Shown one piece after another: positions 38,296 to 48,583 of a DNA stretch of 64,000 bases. Position numbers and translations under genes: made by a program. Below the pieces are notes generated by a model. The model was given only the letters and a program-made list of their open reading frames with translations. It was not told the origin of the DNA and searched no databases. How positions within the stretch are numbered: the first letter of the stretch is position 1; the number at the start of each line of letters is the position of its first letter. This DNA is from Flavobacteriales bacterium (lineage in GTDB: Bacteria; Bacteroidota; Bacteroidia; Flavobacteriales; UBA7312): the NCBI GenBank assembly GCA_965277895.1, contig CBDIDR010000001.1, positions 128,074 through 192,073 on the forward strand, given 5' to 3'.

Positions 38296-39003
38296 ATGAT
38301 TGATTTTCTTGAAGGACATCTTTTGCTAATTAATAAACCACTTCGATGGACTTCCTTTGATGCCGTCAAAAAAATACGAAACACCCTTCGCTCTCATCTT
38401 CAAATCAAAAAAATAAAAGTGGGACATGCTGGTACATTAGACCCATTGGCAGATGGTTTACTTATAGTTTGCACAGGAAAGTTTACAAAACGTATCAATG
38501 AATTTCAAAATCAAGAAAAGGAATATACAGGCAAATTTATTTTAGGTGCTACAACTCCTTCATTTGACCTTGAAACTGAGGTGGATAATGAATATCCCAT
38601 TGACCATATTTCTCATGAAGATTTACAAGAAGCTGCTACTTCTCTCACTGGTGAAATCTTACAAACACCTCCCATCTATTCTGCTATAAAACAAGATGGT
38701 AAACGCCTATACGAACATGCTAGAAAAGGAGAAGAAGTGAAAATTAAAGAACGCCTAGTTCAGGTTAGTGAGTTTGAAATTACCAAAGTAGAATTACCTA
38801 GCGTTCACTTCAGAATTGTATGCAGCAAAGGCACATACATAAGATCTTTAGCACATTCATTTGGTCAGCACCTAAAGAGCGGAGCCTATCTCGGTCAATT
38901 GACAAGAACACGAATTGGAAATTTTAACCTTTCTCAAGCTGTTGAGATTCAAGAGTTTATAGATTCTTTTTCTCCTCAGAATAATCAAAATGCTCCGCTT
39001 TAA
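38296..39003 (+). CDS. truB: tRNA pseudouridine(55) synthase
   Basis: GHAGTLDPLADGLL catalytic motif; 235 aa. Confidence 0.92.
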   Translation: MIDFLEGHLLLINKPLRWTSFDAVKKIRNTLRSHLQIKKIKVGHAGTLDPLADGLLIVCTGKFTKRINEFQNQEKEYTGKFILGATTPSFDLETEVDNEYPIDHISHEDLQEAATSLTGEILQTPPIYSAIKQDGKRLYEHARKGEEVKIKERLVQVSEFEITKVELPSVHFRIVCSKGTYIRSLAHSFGQHLKSGAYLGQLTRTRIGNFNLSQAVEIQEFIDSFSPQNNQNAPL

Positions 39004-39008
39004 TTTAG

Positions 39009-39016
39009 TATATTTG
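39009..39016 (+). promoter_or_regulatory. -7 promoter box (TATATTTG) for queA-ispD
   Basis: Perfect TAnnTTTG, 34 nt upstream of the ATG at 39051. Confidence 0.4.
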
Positions 39017-39050
39017 CGGACTTTTTTAATTCATTTACAAAAAGACACAC

Positions 39051-40106
39051 ATGATAAAAAGAAAGCTATCACAATTTAATTTTGAATTACCTGAAGAACT
39101 TTTAGCGGACAGACCATCAGTTAACAGAGATGAAGCTCGCTTGATGGTAGTAGATAGAAAGACCGGTAAATTTGAACATAAACTTTTCAAAGATTTAATC
39201 GATTATTTTGACGAAAGTGATGTGATGATTTTCAACGAAACCAAAGTTTTTCCTGCAAGGATGTACGGAAACAAAGAAAAAACTGGTGCTAGAATTGAAG
39301 TCTTTTTGTTAAGAGAACTTAACAAAGAAAACCTACTGTGGGATGTTTTAGTTGACCCCGCAAGAAAAATTAGAATAGGAAACAAATTATACTTTGGTGA
39401 TGACGATTTAGTTGCTGAAGTTATTGACAACACGACCTCGCGTGGAAGAACATTACGTTTTCTTTACGACGGAAGCTACGAGGAGTTCAGACAGAAATTA
39501 AAAGATTTAGGGGAAACACCTCTTCCTAAATATATCAAGAGAGAGCCAGATGCTGAAGATGAGGAACGTTATCAAACAATTTATGCTAAAAATGAAGGTT
39601 CCGTTGCAGCACCTACTGCTGGACTTCACTTTAGTCGTGAGTTGCTAAAGCGTTTAGAAATTAAAGGTGTTGACTTTGCTAATCTTACTTTACACATTGG
39701 TCTTGGAACGTTTAGAGCGGTAGAAGTGGAAGATTTGAGCAAACACAAAATGGATTCAGAGGAGATATTTATTAATCCAGATACTGCAGACCTTATCAAC
39801 AGTGGTATTCAAAACAAACGAAAAGTGTGTGCTGTAGGTACAACATCTATGAGAGCAATAGAAACTTCAGTAACAACTCAAGGGCTTATTACTCCATATG
39901 AAGGGTGGACCAACAAATTTATTTATCCACCTTACGATTTTAATATCGCTAACTGTATGATTACTAATTTCCATACTCCTAAATCAACGCTATTAATGAT
40001 GGTGTCTGCATTTGGAGGGCATGATTTAATCATGAGTGCTTACGAAGAGGCTATCAAAGAGAAGTATAAGTTTTTCTCTTACGGTGATGCGATGCTGATT
40101 TTATAA
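39051..40106 (+). CDS. queA: S-adenosylmethionine:tRNA ribosyltransferase-isomerase
   Basis: [34 protein letters not shown] motifs. Confidence 0.93.
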   Translation: MIKRKLSQFNFELPEELLADRPSVNRDEARLMVVDRKTGKFEHKLFKDLIDYFDESDVMIFNETKVFPARMYGNKEKTGARIEVFLLRELNKENLLWDVLVDPARKIRIGNKLYFGDDDLVAEVIDNTTSRGRTLRFLYDGSYEEFRQKLKDLGETPLPKYIKREPDAEDEERYQTIYAKNEGSVAAPTAGLHFSRELLKRLEIKGVDFANLTLHIGLGTFRAVEVEDLSKHKMDSEEIFINPDTADLINSGIQNKRKVCAVGTTSMRAIETSVTTQGLITPYEGWTNKFIYPPYDFNIANCMITNFHTPKSTLLMMVSAFGGHDLIMSAYEEAIKEKYKFFSYGDAMLIL

Positions 40107-40108
40107 AA

Positions 40109-40780
40109 GTGAAACAATATATAATTATAGTAGCTGGGGGTAGCGGAAGCCGAATGGGTTCTTCTATCCCTAAGCAGTTTTTAGAGCTTAACTCTAAGCC
40201 TATTCTTATACATACTATTGAGCGATTAAATCGCTTTGTTACCAATGCAGAATTCATAGTGGCATTGCCAGAATCTCTGTTTGAGTACTGGAAAGAATTG
40301 TGTAAAAAACACCACTTGAGCATTCCTCATAAATTGTCAAAAGGTGGTGAAACTCGATTTGAATCCGTAAAAAATGCCTTAACCTTTGTAAAAGAAGAAA
40401 GCATTGTAGCCATTCATGACGGTGTGCGACCATTAGTTAGTGAAGCTGTTGTAAAAAAATGTATGTCAACGGCTAAAAGCGAAGGGAGTGCTATACCAAC
40501 ACTAAACCTTATTGAAAGTTTACGACAATTGAATGGCGATACAAGCAGTGTAGTAAATAGAAGCAATTATAAGATTGTACAGACTCCACAATGCTTCAAA
40601 AGCGATACTATTCTAAAAGCTTACGAACTAGAGTACAATGAATCGTTCACAGATGACGCATCAGTAGTAGAAGCTCTTGGAGAAAGCGTTGTGCTAGTTG
40701 ATGGCAACAAAGAGAACATTAAAATAACTACGACAGAAGATTTGAAAATTGCAGAAATGTATCTCAAATCAGACGACTAA
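40109..40780 (+). CDS. ispD: 2-C-methyl-D-erythritol 4-phosphate cytidylyltransferase
   Basis: IIVAGGSGSRMGSSIPKQF motif; GTG start 2 nt after the queA stop. Confidence 0.9.
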   Translation: MKQYIIIVAGGSGSRMGSSIPKQFLELNSKPILIHTIERLNRFVTNAEFIVALPESLFEYWKELCKKHHLSIPHKLSKGGETRFESVKNALTFVKEESIVAIHDGVRPLVSEAVVKKCMSTAKSEGSAIPTLNLIESLRQLNGDTSSVVNRSNYKIVQTPQCFKSDTILKAYELEYNESFTDDASVVEALGESVVLVDGNKENIKITTTEDLKIAEMYLKSDD

Positions 40781-41900
40781 CAGAAGTCTGCTCTGTCAAC
40801 TCAAAATTTTCCAAGTTTTTTAAATGATTTATGCCAGGCGTTTTTCCTTTTTCGAAGGTTCCAAAACGTTCATCAATTTGTAAAAATTCTGCACCATTTT
40901 TACAGGCCCATTCAATAGACTTTTCAAGAGACACCGCACTTTTAATGGTTTTCATTTCTTCTAAAATTGAAAGCGTATCGTTGGAAGCCAAACTATCTGT
41001 TCCAAATGTCATTTTTGAGTCAGTATCAATAAAAAAATCGTAATTAGGCAAGGCGTCTTCAATATATAAGTTTGCTTTGGGACAAGTCGCCCAAAAAACA
41101 TTGTCGTAATGCTTAATTGCCCACTGAAGATCATCTATAGTTGTAAAAGTATTGTGAACCATCAATACTGGAGCATTTGGCAATAGTGGCAATGTGCTTT
41201 TTAGTGCCGTTTTACCAGTAAATTTAAAGAAATGTCTAGCAATAAGTTCATTTAACAGCTTACCAGAACCCTTTATAAACATCTCGTCTTCTGTAGAGGT
41301 CTCTTGATTGTGAATGGTAATTATTTCACCAGAATTATGAGAACGTATTTTTTCAAATAATTGAAGAGAAACAGAGTAATTAGCATGTGGCGTTAAAGAC
41401 GCTTTGTGCTTACATTGTTCCAGTACACTAAGTCCATTTTGAAAAACCTCATCTGCCCGTGAAGGGTCTGAGGCAAAAAGTTCAATAAAAGAGTGGTAAT
41501 AAATTAAGCTCTCATCTTTGACTAAAAAGGTGTCTACAGTGTTACTAATATCGCCAACAGCAACAATCCCATTCTCATACATCCTCCTATCAGCTTGCTC
41601 AATGCTTAAATGTATCTCTTCTTGGGAAGACTTACGTGTTTTTCCAATATTAGAAATGAAAAAAGGCAGGCCTGTTTTTTCTTTCATTCTGTCCTTTAAA
41701 TGAGAGAGCTCTAAATGGCAATGTGTATTTATAAATCCAGGACATAAACCGCCTTCAAAATATTCTATCGTAGAAGAATCTAAACTCTCTTTACCATTAA
41801 GGATATCTACTATTTTGCCGCTTTCATCAATGACCAAAACACCATTGAGAATGGGAGAGCCTATTGATGTAAAAACTATATCTGAAGTTAAGTAGCGCAT
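40764..41900 (-). CDS. Amidohydrolase family protein
   Basis: HCHLELSH metal-binding HxH motif and a C-terminal TDS/D motif. Substrate not inferable. Confidence 0.75.
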   Translation of the reverse strand: MRYLTSDIVFTSIGSPILNGVLVIDESGKIVDILNGKESLDSSTIEYFEGGLCPGFINTHCHLELSHLKDRMKEKTGLPFFISNIGKTRKSSQEEIHLSIEQADRRMYENGIVAVGDISNTVDTFLVKDESLIYYHSFIELFASDPSRADEVFQNGLSVLEQCKHKASLTPHANYSVSLQLFEKIRSHNSGEIITIHNQETSTEDEMFIKGSGKLLNELIARHFFKFTGKTALKSTLPLLPNAPVLMVHNTFTTIDDLQWAIKHYDNVFWATCPKANLYIEDALPNYDFFIDTDSKMTFGTDSLASNDTLSILEEMKTIKSAVSLEKSIEWACKNGAEFLQIDERFGTFEKGKTPGINHLKNLENFELTEQTSVSRLI

Positions 41901-41917
41901 AGAGTGTACAAAGATAC

Positions 41918-41925
41918 TATCTTTG
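41918..41925 (+). promoter_or_regulatory. -7 promoter box (TATCTTTG) for rlmN
   Basis: Perfect TAnnTTTG ending 4 nt before the ATG at 41930. Confidence 0.45.
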
Positions 41926-41929
41926 TGCC

Positions 41930-42979
41930 ATGTCTTTACAGAAAAAAAACATTCGTGAACTGACCTTAGAAGAGTTAAAAGACTTTTTTGTTGAACATAA
42001 ACACCCGAGCTTTCGAGCTAAGCAAGTTTATGAATGGTTGTGGAAAAAATCCGTGTCGTCCTTTTCAGAAATGCGAAATGTGTCGAAAGAAATTATTGAA
42101 TTGCTAGATGAAGCCTTCGTTATTCAGCATCTTCAAATTACAGAATCTCAAAAAAGTGCAGATCGTACTATAAAATCGGCTTTTAAATTATTTGATGACA
42201 ATAATGTTGAAGGCGTACTTATCCCCACAAAATCACGAATGACAGCTTGTATTTCCTCTCAAGTAGGATGTAGCTTAAGCTGTAAATTCTGTGCTACTGG
42301 TAAACTCGATAGGCTCCGAAACCTTAACGCAGATGAGATGTACGATCAGGTGTTTATGCTAAACGAACTTGCTCAAAAAAATTACCAGCAAAAGCTAAGT
42401 AATATTGTCTATATGGGTATGGGAGAGCCTTTACTGAACTATAGAAATGTAATAAATTCAATAGAAAAAATCACTTCAAATGATGGTTTGGGGATGTCAC
42501 CAAAACGTATTACAGTATCAACAGCAGGTATAGCCAAACTCATTAAAAAACTAGGCGACGATGAAGTGAAGTTCAATCTTGCATTATCCCTTCATGCGGC
42601 AAATGATAAAAAAAGAGACTACATAATGCCTATCAATGAGCAAAACTCATTGGAATCCTTAAAAGAAGCCATAATCTACTTTTATGAAAAAACAGGCACT
42701 CGACTGACCTATGAATACATCATATTCAAAGGGTTTAATGATGAAATTACTGATGCTATTGAACTTGCTCAATTTGCAAGAATAACGCCATGTAAAATCA
42801 ACATCATTGAATACAACCCAATTGATGATGGAGAGTTCCAACAAGCCAAAAGAGAAAAGGTAGATGCTTTTGTAACGTATTTAGAAAGTAAAAACCTAAT
42901 AGTTAACGTTAGGAGAAGTAGAGGAAAAGACATTGATGCTGCTTGTGGACAATTAGCCAATAAGCTAGTCAAATCCTAG
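41930..42979 (+). CDS. rlmN: 23S rRNA/tRNA adenine-C2 methyltransferase (radical SAM)
   Basis: FRAKQVYEWLW N-terminus, radical-SAM CSLSCKFCATG, C-terminal DIDAACGQL. Confidence 0.93.
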   Translation: MSLQKKNIRELTLEELKDFFVEHKHPSFRAKQVYEWLWKKSVSSFSEMRNVSKEIIELLDEAFVIQHLQITESQKSADRTIKSAFKLFDDNNVEGVLIPTKSRMTACISSQVGCSLSCKFCATGKLDRLRNLNADEMYDQVFMLNELAQKNYQQKLSNIVYMGMGEPLLNYRNVINSIEKITSNDGLGMSPKRITVSTAGIAKLIKKLGDDEVKFNLALSLHAANDKKRDYIMPINEQNSLESLKEAIIYFYEKTGTRLTYEYIIFKGFNDEITDAIELAQFARITPCKINIIEYNPIDDGEFQQAKREKVDAFVTYLESKNLIVNVRRSRGKDIDAACGQLANKLVKS

Positions 42980-42988
42980 TGATATTCG

Positions 42989-42996
42989 TATCTTTG
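42989..42996 (+). promoter_or_regulatory. -7 promoter box (TATCTTTG) for polyprenyl synthase-dnaG
   Basis: Perfect TAnnTTTG, 19 nt upstream of the ATG at 43016. Confidence 0.45.
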
Positions 42997-43015
42997 TACC
43001 TCCTTATTTTTCTAG

Positions 43016-43990
43016 ATGACCTCGATTAAAAAGATTAAGACCCCTATTCAGCAAGAAATGCTCTTGTTTGAAACTAAATTTAAGGAGTCCTTAAAGAGTA
43101 AAGTACCTCTTTTGGATAAGGTCTTACATTACATCGTAAAACGAAAAGGAAAGCAAATGCGACCCATGTTTGTTTTTCTTTGCAATAAAATGTTTGGAGA
43201 TGTTAATGAAAGCACCTATCGAGCCGCTTCACTCATTGAACTTTTACATACTGCAACTCTAGTTCACGATGATGTTATTGATGATGCCAATCTAAGAAGA
43301 GGCTTCTTTTCAATTAATGCCTTATGGAAAAATAAAATTGCTGTTTTAGTAGGTGATTTCCTACTCTCTCAAGGCCTGTTACTTTCTTTACAAAACAAAG
43401 AATATGATTTACTGCAAATTGTATCTAAAGCCGTAAAGGACATGAGCGAAGGCGAACTTCTACAAATTGAAAAAGCCAGACACCTTGATATTGAAGAAGA
43501 TATTTATTTTGATATCATCAGGCAGAAAACAGCTACACTTATAGCCGCATGTTGTGCTTGTGGTGCTACTGCTGCACAACAAGACGAAAAGACTATCGAA
43601 AAGATGAGGGAGTTTGGCGAGCTTGTAGGCATATCATTTCAAATGAAAGATGACTTATTTGACTATTATAACGACGATGTAATAGGAAAGCCAACAGGCA
43701 TAGACATCAAAGAACAAAAAATGACCTTGCCTCTTATTTATGCTCTAAAACACGCTTCAAAAAAGGACTACAAATTCATTATTCAGACCGTAAAAAAGTA
43801 TAATACAGATAGTGAACGTGTAGCCAAAGTACTGTCATTGGTTAAGCAAAGCGGAGGTATTGAATATACCATTGAAAAAATGAAAGGCTACCAAAACAAA
43901 GCTCTGTCTTTGTTGAAAACTTTTGATGACAACGAAAGCCGAAAGTCTCTAGAACTTTTAGTAAATTTCGTCATCGAAAGAAAGAAATGA
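43016..43990 (+). CDS. Polyprenyl diphosphate synthase (IspB-like)
   Basis: LVHDDVIDDANLRRG (first DDxxD) and FQMKDDLFD (second DDxxD). Confidence 0.88.
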   Translation: MTSIKKIKTPIQQEMLLFETKFKESLKSKVPLLDKVLHYIVKRKGKQMRPMFVFLCNKMFGDVNESTYRAASLIELLHTATLVHDDVIDDANLRRGFFSINALWKNKIAVLVGDFLLSQGLLLSLQNKEYDLLQIVSKAVKDMSEGELLQIEKARHLDIEEDIYFDIIRQKTATLIAACCACGATAAQQDEKTIEKMREFGELVGISFQMKDDLFDYYNDDVIGKPTGIDIKEQKMTLPLIYALKHASKKDYKFIIQTVKKYNTDSERVAKVLSLVKQSGGIEYTIEKMKGYQNKALSLLKTFDDNESRKSLELLVNFVIERKK

Positions 43991-45891
43991 TTCCAAAAGA
44001 AACGATTGATACTATTTATGACAGCGTCCGCATTGAGGAGGTTGTAGGTGACTTTGTTACCCTTAAAAAAAGAGGGGTAAATCTTCTAGGAAACTGCCCG
44101 TTTCATGATGAGAAAACACCCTCATTTACCGTTTCGCCAGTAAAAGGAATATTTAAATGCTTCGGATGCGGAAAGGGTGGCAACTCCATCAACTTTGTCA
44201 TGGAACACGAGCAGTACTCATACCCTGAAGCTCTTCGCTACCTTGCCAAAAAATACAATATCGAGCTCATTGAAGAAGAGCAAACGCCCGAACAGATAGA
44301 AAAAGCTAATGCTAGGGAAAGTTTCTTTGTAGTCAATTCCTATGCTCGTGATTATTTCAAAGATAGCTTGCACAAGAGTAATGAAGGTAAAGCAATTGGG
44401 CTAAGTTATTTTAAGGAACGTGGGGTGTCAAGTGAAATGATTGAAAAGTTTCAGCTTGGGTATAACCCTGAGGGTTGGGATTCTTTTACAAAATCGGCAC
44501 TGGACAATTCATATAAAATTGAGTATTTAGAAAAAACGGGCTTAAGTATAGTCAAAGAAGATAAATCATTTGACCGCTTTAGAGGAAGAATAATGTTTCC
44601 TATTCATAGCATGTCAGGAAGAGTATTGGGTTTTGGTGGTAGGATTCTCAAAAAAAGTGAAAAAGCTGCTAAATATTTAAACTCTCCCGAAAGCGATATT
44701 TACCACAAAAGCAAGGTCTTGTATGGTATCTATTTCTCTAAATCTGCCATCGTAAAGCATGACAACTGTTATTTGGTGGAGGGCTATACCGATGTAATTT
44801 CGATGCATCAACATGGTATTGAAAATGTAGTTGCTTCATCTGGTACAGCATTGACCTCAGAACAAATCAAACTAATAGGTCGGTTTACTAAGAATATTAC
44901 TATCCTATTTGATGGCGATTCTGCTGGTATTAAAGCCTCTTTCAGAGGAATTGACCTCATACTATCGGAAGGCATGAACGTAAAAGTAGTGCTATTCCCA
45001 GAAGGTGAAGACCCTGATAGCTACGCAAAAACTTTAGGACAAGAAAAAATACAGTCATTTATAATAGATGAAGCACAAGATTTTTTGACCTTCAAAACAA
45101 ATCTGCTTAAAGACGAAAGTAAAAATGACCCTATCAAAAAAGTAAAACTCATCAACGAAGTAGTTAATTCAATTGCTATGATTCCTGATGAAATTACTAG
45201 AGCAGTGTATATCAGAGAATGCTCCAAACTTTTGGAGATTGGAGAAACTGAAATCACCAATAAAATCATTGACATAAAACGCTCTGGCCGTCAAAACAGT
45301 AATGTGCCACGAGCAGAGAAGAAACCGGCTCAAGAAAATAATGTCAAAACTGTAAAGCAAAACGTTAGCACTTCTGAACACCAAGAAAAAGACATCATTC
45401 GGTTTTTGTTAGAGTATAGTGACCAAATGGTTGAATTTGACAGTAATAAAATGTATGTCGCTCAGTTTATTATTTCAGAATTAGAAAATGAAATTGAGTT
45501 TTCAAACCCAAATTATCAGCTTATTTTTGATGCGTATTGTCAGGCTCTTGCCAAAGAAGAATTATTAAAACAAGAGTTTTTCACTCTTCATAAAAATCCA
45601 AATGTTTCTCGTCTAGCGGCTGATATCATTAGTTCGCCACATTCAATGAGTAAACGTTGGAAAGATCACGGCATCTATACAGAAACTGAAGATATGCAAC
45701 TAAAACCAGCGGTTGAAACAGCCATTTATTCCTTAAAGATTGCTAAAATTGGGGAGCTTATTCATGATAAAAATGAGCAACTTAAAACAGCCACTGAAGA
45801 TACTGAGTTTGAGATATTATCAGAAATTAACACTTTATCAAAATTGAAAAAAGAAATTTCTGCTAAACTTGGAAGGACTATTCTAAAGTAA
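43987..45891 (+). CDS. dnaG: DNA primase
   Basis: Zinc finger CPFHDEKTPSF..FKCFGCGKGG and TOPRIM segments VEGYTDV..FDGDSAG. Confidence 0.95.
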   Translation: MIPKETIDTIYDSVRIEEVVGDFVTLKKRGVNLLGNCPFHDEKTPSFTVSPVKGIFKCFGCGKGGNSINFVMEHEQYSYPEALRYLAKKYNIELIEEEQTPEQIEKANARESFFVVNSYARDYFKDSLHKSNEGKAIGLSYFKERGVSSEMIEKFQLGYNPEGWDSFTKSALDNSYKIEYLEKTGLSIVKEDKSFDRFRGRIMFPIHSMSGRVLGFGGRILKKSEKAAKYLNSPESDIYHKSKVLYGIYFSKSAIVKHDNCYLVEGYTDVISMHQHGIENVVASSGTALTSEQIKLIGRFTKNITILFDGDSAGIKASFRGIDLILSEGMNVKVVLFPEGEDPDSYAKTLGQEKIQSFIIDEAQDFLTFKTNLLKDESKNDPIKKVKLINEVVNSIAMIPDEITRAVYIRECSKLLEIGETEITNKIIDIKRSGRQNSNVPRAEKKPAQENNVKTVKQNVSTSEHQEKDIIRFLLEYSDQMVEFDSNKMYVAQFIISELENEIEFSNPNYQLIFDAYCQALAKEELLKQEFFTLHKNPNVSRLAADIISSPHSMSKRWKDHGIYTETEDMQLKPAVETAIYSLKIAKIGELIHDKNEQLKTATEDTEFEILSEINTLSKLKKEISAKLGRTILK

Positions 45892-45892
45892 T

Positions 45893-46342
45893 TTATTGCG
45901 TAACTAGTTTATGCCTGTAATATTTTGCTGACCAAACTGCTAATTGAGATACAATCCTAGGGTTATCAAAACTATAGCTTGAATTGTCTGAATAAACGGT
46001 GTCTGTTGCATTTTTAATGTTAATTAAATCACTATAAATTGAGTCTTCAATACTGGTTGCGTATGGAAGAATCCTAAGATGGCCAATAAGGGAAGAAATG
46101 CTTTTATCTCGATTCGAAAGAATAGAATTTATTATTTCAAAAGAAATTGATTGTGATTCAGTATCGTCGATTTGGGTCATGCACCATGCCTGAAAGCATA
46201 AATGGTTTTGGTCTGTCAATCTATCGTTACCATCCCAGTAAGGGAAATTAAATTGATTAGGTAAATACGCTGACTTTTCTCTTTTTACAATTTCATCAAT
46301 AAAATAATCTATTGAGTCAATATCAAAATCTAACTCTTTCAT
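45893..46342 (-). CDS. Hypothetical protein; probably the C-terminal part of a frameshift-split gene
   Basis: 149-aa ORF. Its frame stays open for 70 more codons upstream (to 46552) with no start codon, and it overlaps the 3' end of ORF 46515-46892. Confidence 0.5.
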   Translation of the reverse strand: MKELDFDIDSIDYFIDEIVKREKSAYLPNQFNFPYWDGNDRLTDQNHLCFQAWCMTQIDDTESQSISFEIINSILSNRDKSISSLIGHLRILPYATSIEDSIYSDLINIKNATDTVYSDNSSYSFDNPRIVSQLAVWSAKYYRHKLVTQ

Positions 46343-46514
46343 TTTTTGTAAAAATAAAGCATAGCTAATATTTACATTAAGTACACAGCCAACGATATCA
46401 TTAATATTATCAGAATAAGAAATGCAATAGCCATCATTTAATGAGTCTGCTGGAGATATATTTAATAATAGATTAGATATTTCTGTAAGGATATCATCAT
46501 TAATGGCTCTGCTT

Positions 46515-46892
46515 TTATAGGCATCTACTAATACAATTCCTAAATGGTCTTGTTAGGGTTATAGTATAAATTGTCGAATCGTTATTGATAGTGCCATCAC
46601 CAAATGCATCCCATTCGCGATTCAAATCAAAACCATTAGACTCAATAAATGATAAGAGAAACTTTAATTCTTGAACAACTTCTGGATCATTCCAGCCAAA
46701 AAGCAACGCCTTTGAATAATAAAGATATGAAAGTGTATGTAAATCATTTACCTCATACTTTACTGAATCAACAATGTTTGTTAGGTCTAATGATAAATCT
46801 TTCCACTTCTGAGCCTCTGGACTAATGCTTTGTTTTTGACAAGAAACAATTAGTAGAATTAATGATATAAAAACAATAAATTTAATTCTCAT
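46515..46892 (-). CDS. Hypothetical lipoprotein; probably the N-terminal part of the same split gene
   Basis: Signal peptide plus lipobox (LLIVSC); 125 aa. It ends in a short out-of-frame-looking tail. Confidence 0.5.
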   Translation of the reverse strand: MRIKFIVFISLILLIVSCQKQSISPEAQKWKDLSLDLTNIVDSVKYEVNDLHTLSYLYYSKALLFGWNDPEVVQELKFLLSFIESNGFDLNREWDAFGDGTINNDSTIYTITLTRPFRNCISRCL

Positions 46893-46894
46893 AG

Positions 46895-48583
46895 TTATTT
46901 AATATCCTTTAGCCTTAATTGGAGGTTTGTGTTACCATTCCATTCGTTTTCTTCTAACACAAAACAAATATCAAAAGGCTCTTTGTTCTGTATTTTTGGA
47001 AAATGATTTGCCATGCCAAAACCTATAGCATCGAAAGTTTTAGTCTTCTCTTCATCTGTTACACCTAATTTTAGATGCGATTGGTCATATCCTATTAATC
47101 GACCTCTACCATTATCCATCACTCCTTTTAACATCAATACTGGTCTGTTATTCGAAGGTCCAAAAGGAGCCATTTGCTGTAATATTCTATAGGTCTTGAA
47201 ATTAATATCGTTGAAGTCCATTTCTAAGTCAATCGTTATTTCTGGAACAAGCATTTCGTCAGTAATACTAGCACTAACAACTTCTTCAAAACGCTGAGTA
47301 AATTGAGCCAAATTTTCCTTTTTCATTGTAAGTCCAGCGGCGTATTTATGTCCTCCAAATTGTTCTAGTAAATCGGAACATTCATCAATGGCATTATAGA
47401 CATCAAAGCCTTTTACTGAACGTGCAGAGCCTGTTAGCTTTCCATTACTTTCAGTGAGCACAATCGTTGGTCTGTAATGACTTTCTATTAGTCGTGAGGC
47501 TACTATACCAACTACGCCTTTATGCCAATTATCACTACAAACTACGGTACTCTTGGCATTGGGCACAATCATTTCAAGAGCTTCTTGGGTAATACTTTGA
47601 TCAAGCTCTCTTCGTGTATGATTGTGTTTATCGATGTATTCCGCCTTTTCTTTTGCTTGGGCGAAATCGCTTTGAATTAACAATTCAACGGCTTTGTTGC
47701 CATGTTCAATTCGGCCTGCTGCATTTATTCTTGGTGCTATCCCAAAAACTACATCCGAAATGTTAAAGGTGTCCTTCCTCTTGGAGACTTCCATCAATGC
47801 TTTTAGGCCATTTCTTGGATTTGAGTTTAACTGCTTTAAACCAAAAAAGGATAAGACTCTATTTTCGCCAACAATCGGAACGATATCGGCAGCAATACTT
47901 ACCACTACTAAATCAAGTAAGGGCATTAAGTCTTCAAAAGAATAATTATGAAACTGATGATAGGCTTGTGCTAATTTAAAGCCAACGCCACATCCACATA
48001 GTTCTTTAAAGGGGTAGTCACAGTCGTTTCGTTTAGGGTCAAGAACTGCAATTGCATCAGGCAAAATCTCACCGGGCCTATGGTGATCACAAATAATAAA
48101 ATCTATTCCCTTCTCCTTGGCGTAAGCTACTTTGTCAACAGCCTTTACACCACAATCTAAACAAACAATCAGTGAAAAGTCATTGTCTTTAGCATAGTCT
48201 ATACCTTTGTAAGATACGCCATAGCCTTCATCGTAGCGGTCTGGAATATAATGTTCAATGTTTTCAGAAAAACCCTTCAAGAATAAATACATTAATGATA
48301 CTGCAGTTGTTCCGTCAACATCATAATCACCATAAACCAAAATTTTCTCATTGTTGGATATTGCCGTGCTCAAACGATCAACGGCTTTATCCATATCTTT
48401 CATTAAAAAGGGGTCGTGAAGATGATTTATTTGAGGTCTAAAAAATGTTTTGGCATCATCAAAGTCAGTTATTCCTCTTTGTGCTAATAGGGTGGCAATA
48501 ACTGAGGACACACCTAAGCTATTCTTTAAATCTTCAACAATTTGAGAATCTGGTAGAGGCTTTAATGTCCATTTATTAGTCAT
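46895..48583 (-). CDS. recJ: Single-stranded-DNA-specific exonuclease RecJ
   Basis: DHH motifs (VYGDYDVDGTT, LDCG, ICDHH) and the DHHA1 segment GGHKYAAG. Confidence 0.93.
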   Translation of the reverse strand: MTNKWTLKPLPDSQIVEDLKNSLGVSSVIATLLAQRGITDFDDAKTFFRPQINHLHDPFLMKDMDKAVDRLSTAISNNEKILVYGDYDVDGTTAVSLMYLFLKGFSENIEHYIPDRYDEGYGVSYKGIDYAKDNDFSLIVCLDCGVKAVDKVAYAKEKGIDFIICDHHRPGEILPDAIAVLDPKRNDCDYPFKELCGCGVGFKLAQAYHQFHNYSFEDLMPLLDLVVVSIAADIVPIVGENRVLSFFGLKQLNSNPRNGLKALMEVSKRKDTFNISDVVFGIAPRINAAGRIEHGNKAVELLIQSDFAQAKEKAEYIDKHNHTRRELDQSITQEALEMIVPNAKSTVVCSDNWHKGVVGIVASRLIESHYRPTIVLTESNGKLTGSARSVKGFDVYNAIDECSDLLEQFGGHKYAAGLTMKKENLAQFTQRFEEVVSASITDEMLVPEITIDLEMDFNDINFKTYRILQQMAPFGPSNNRPVLMLKGVMDNGRGRLIGYDQSHLKLGVTDEEKTKTFDAIGFGMANHFPKIQNKEPFDICFVLEENEWNGNTNLQLRLKDIK

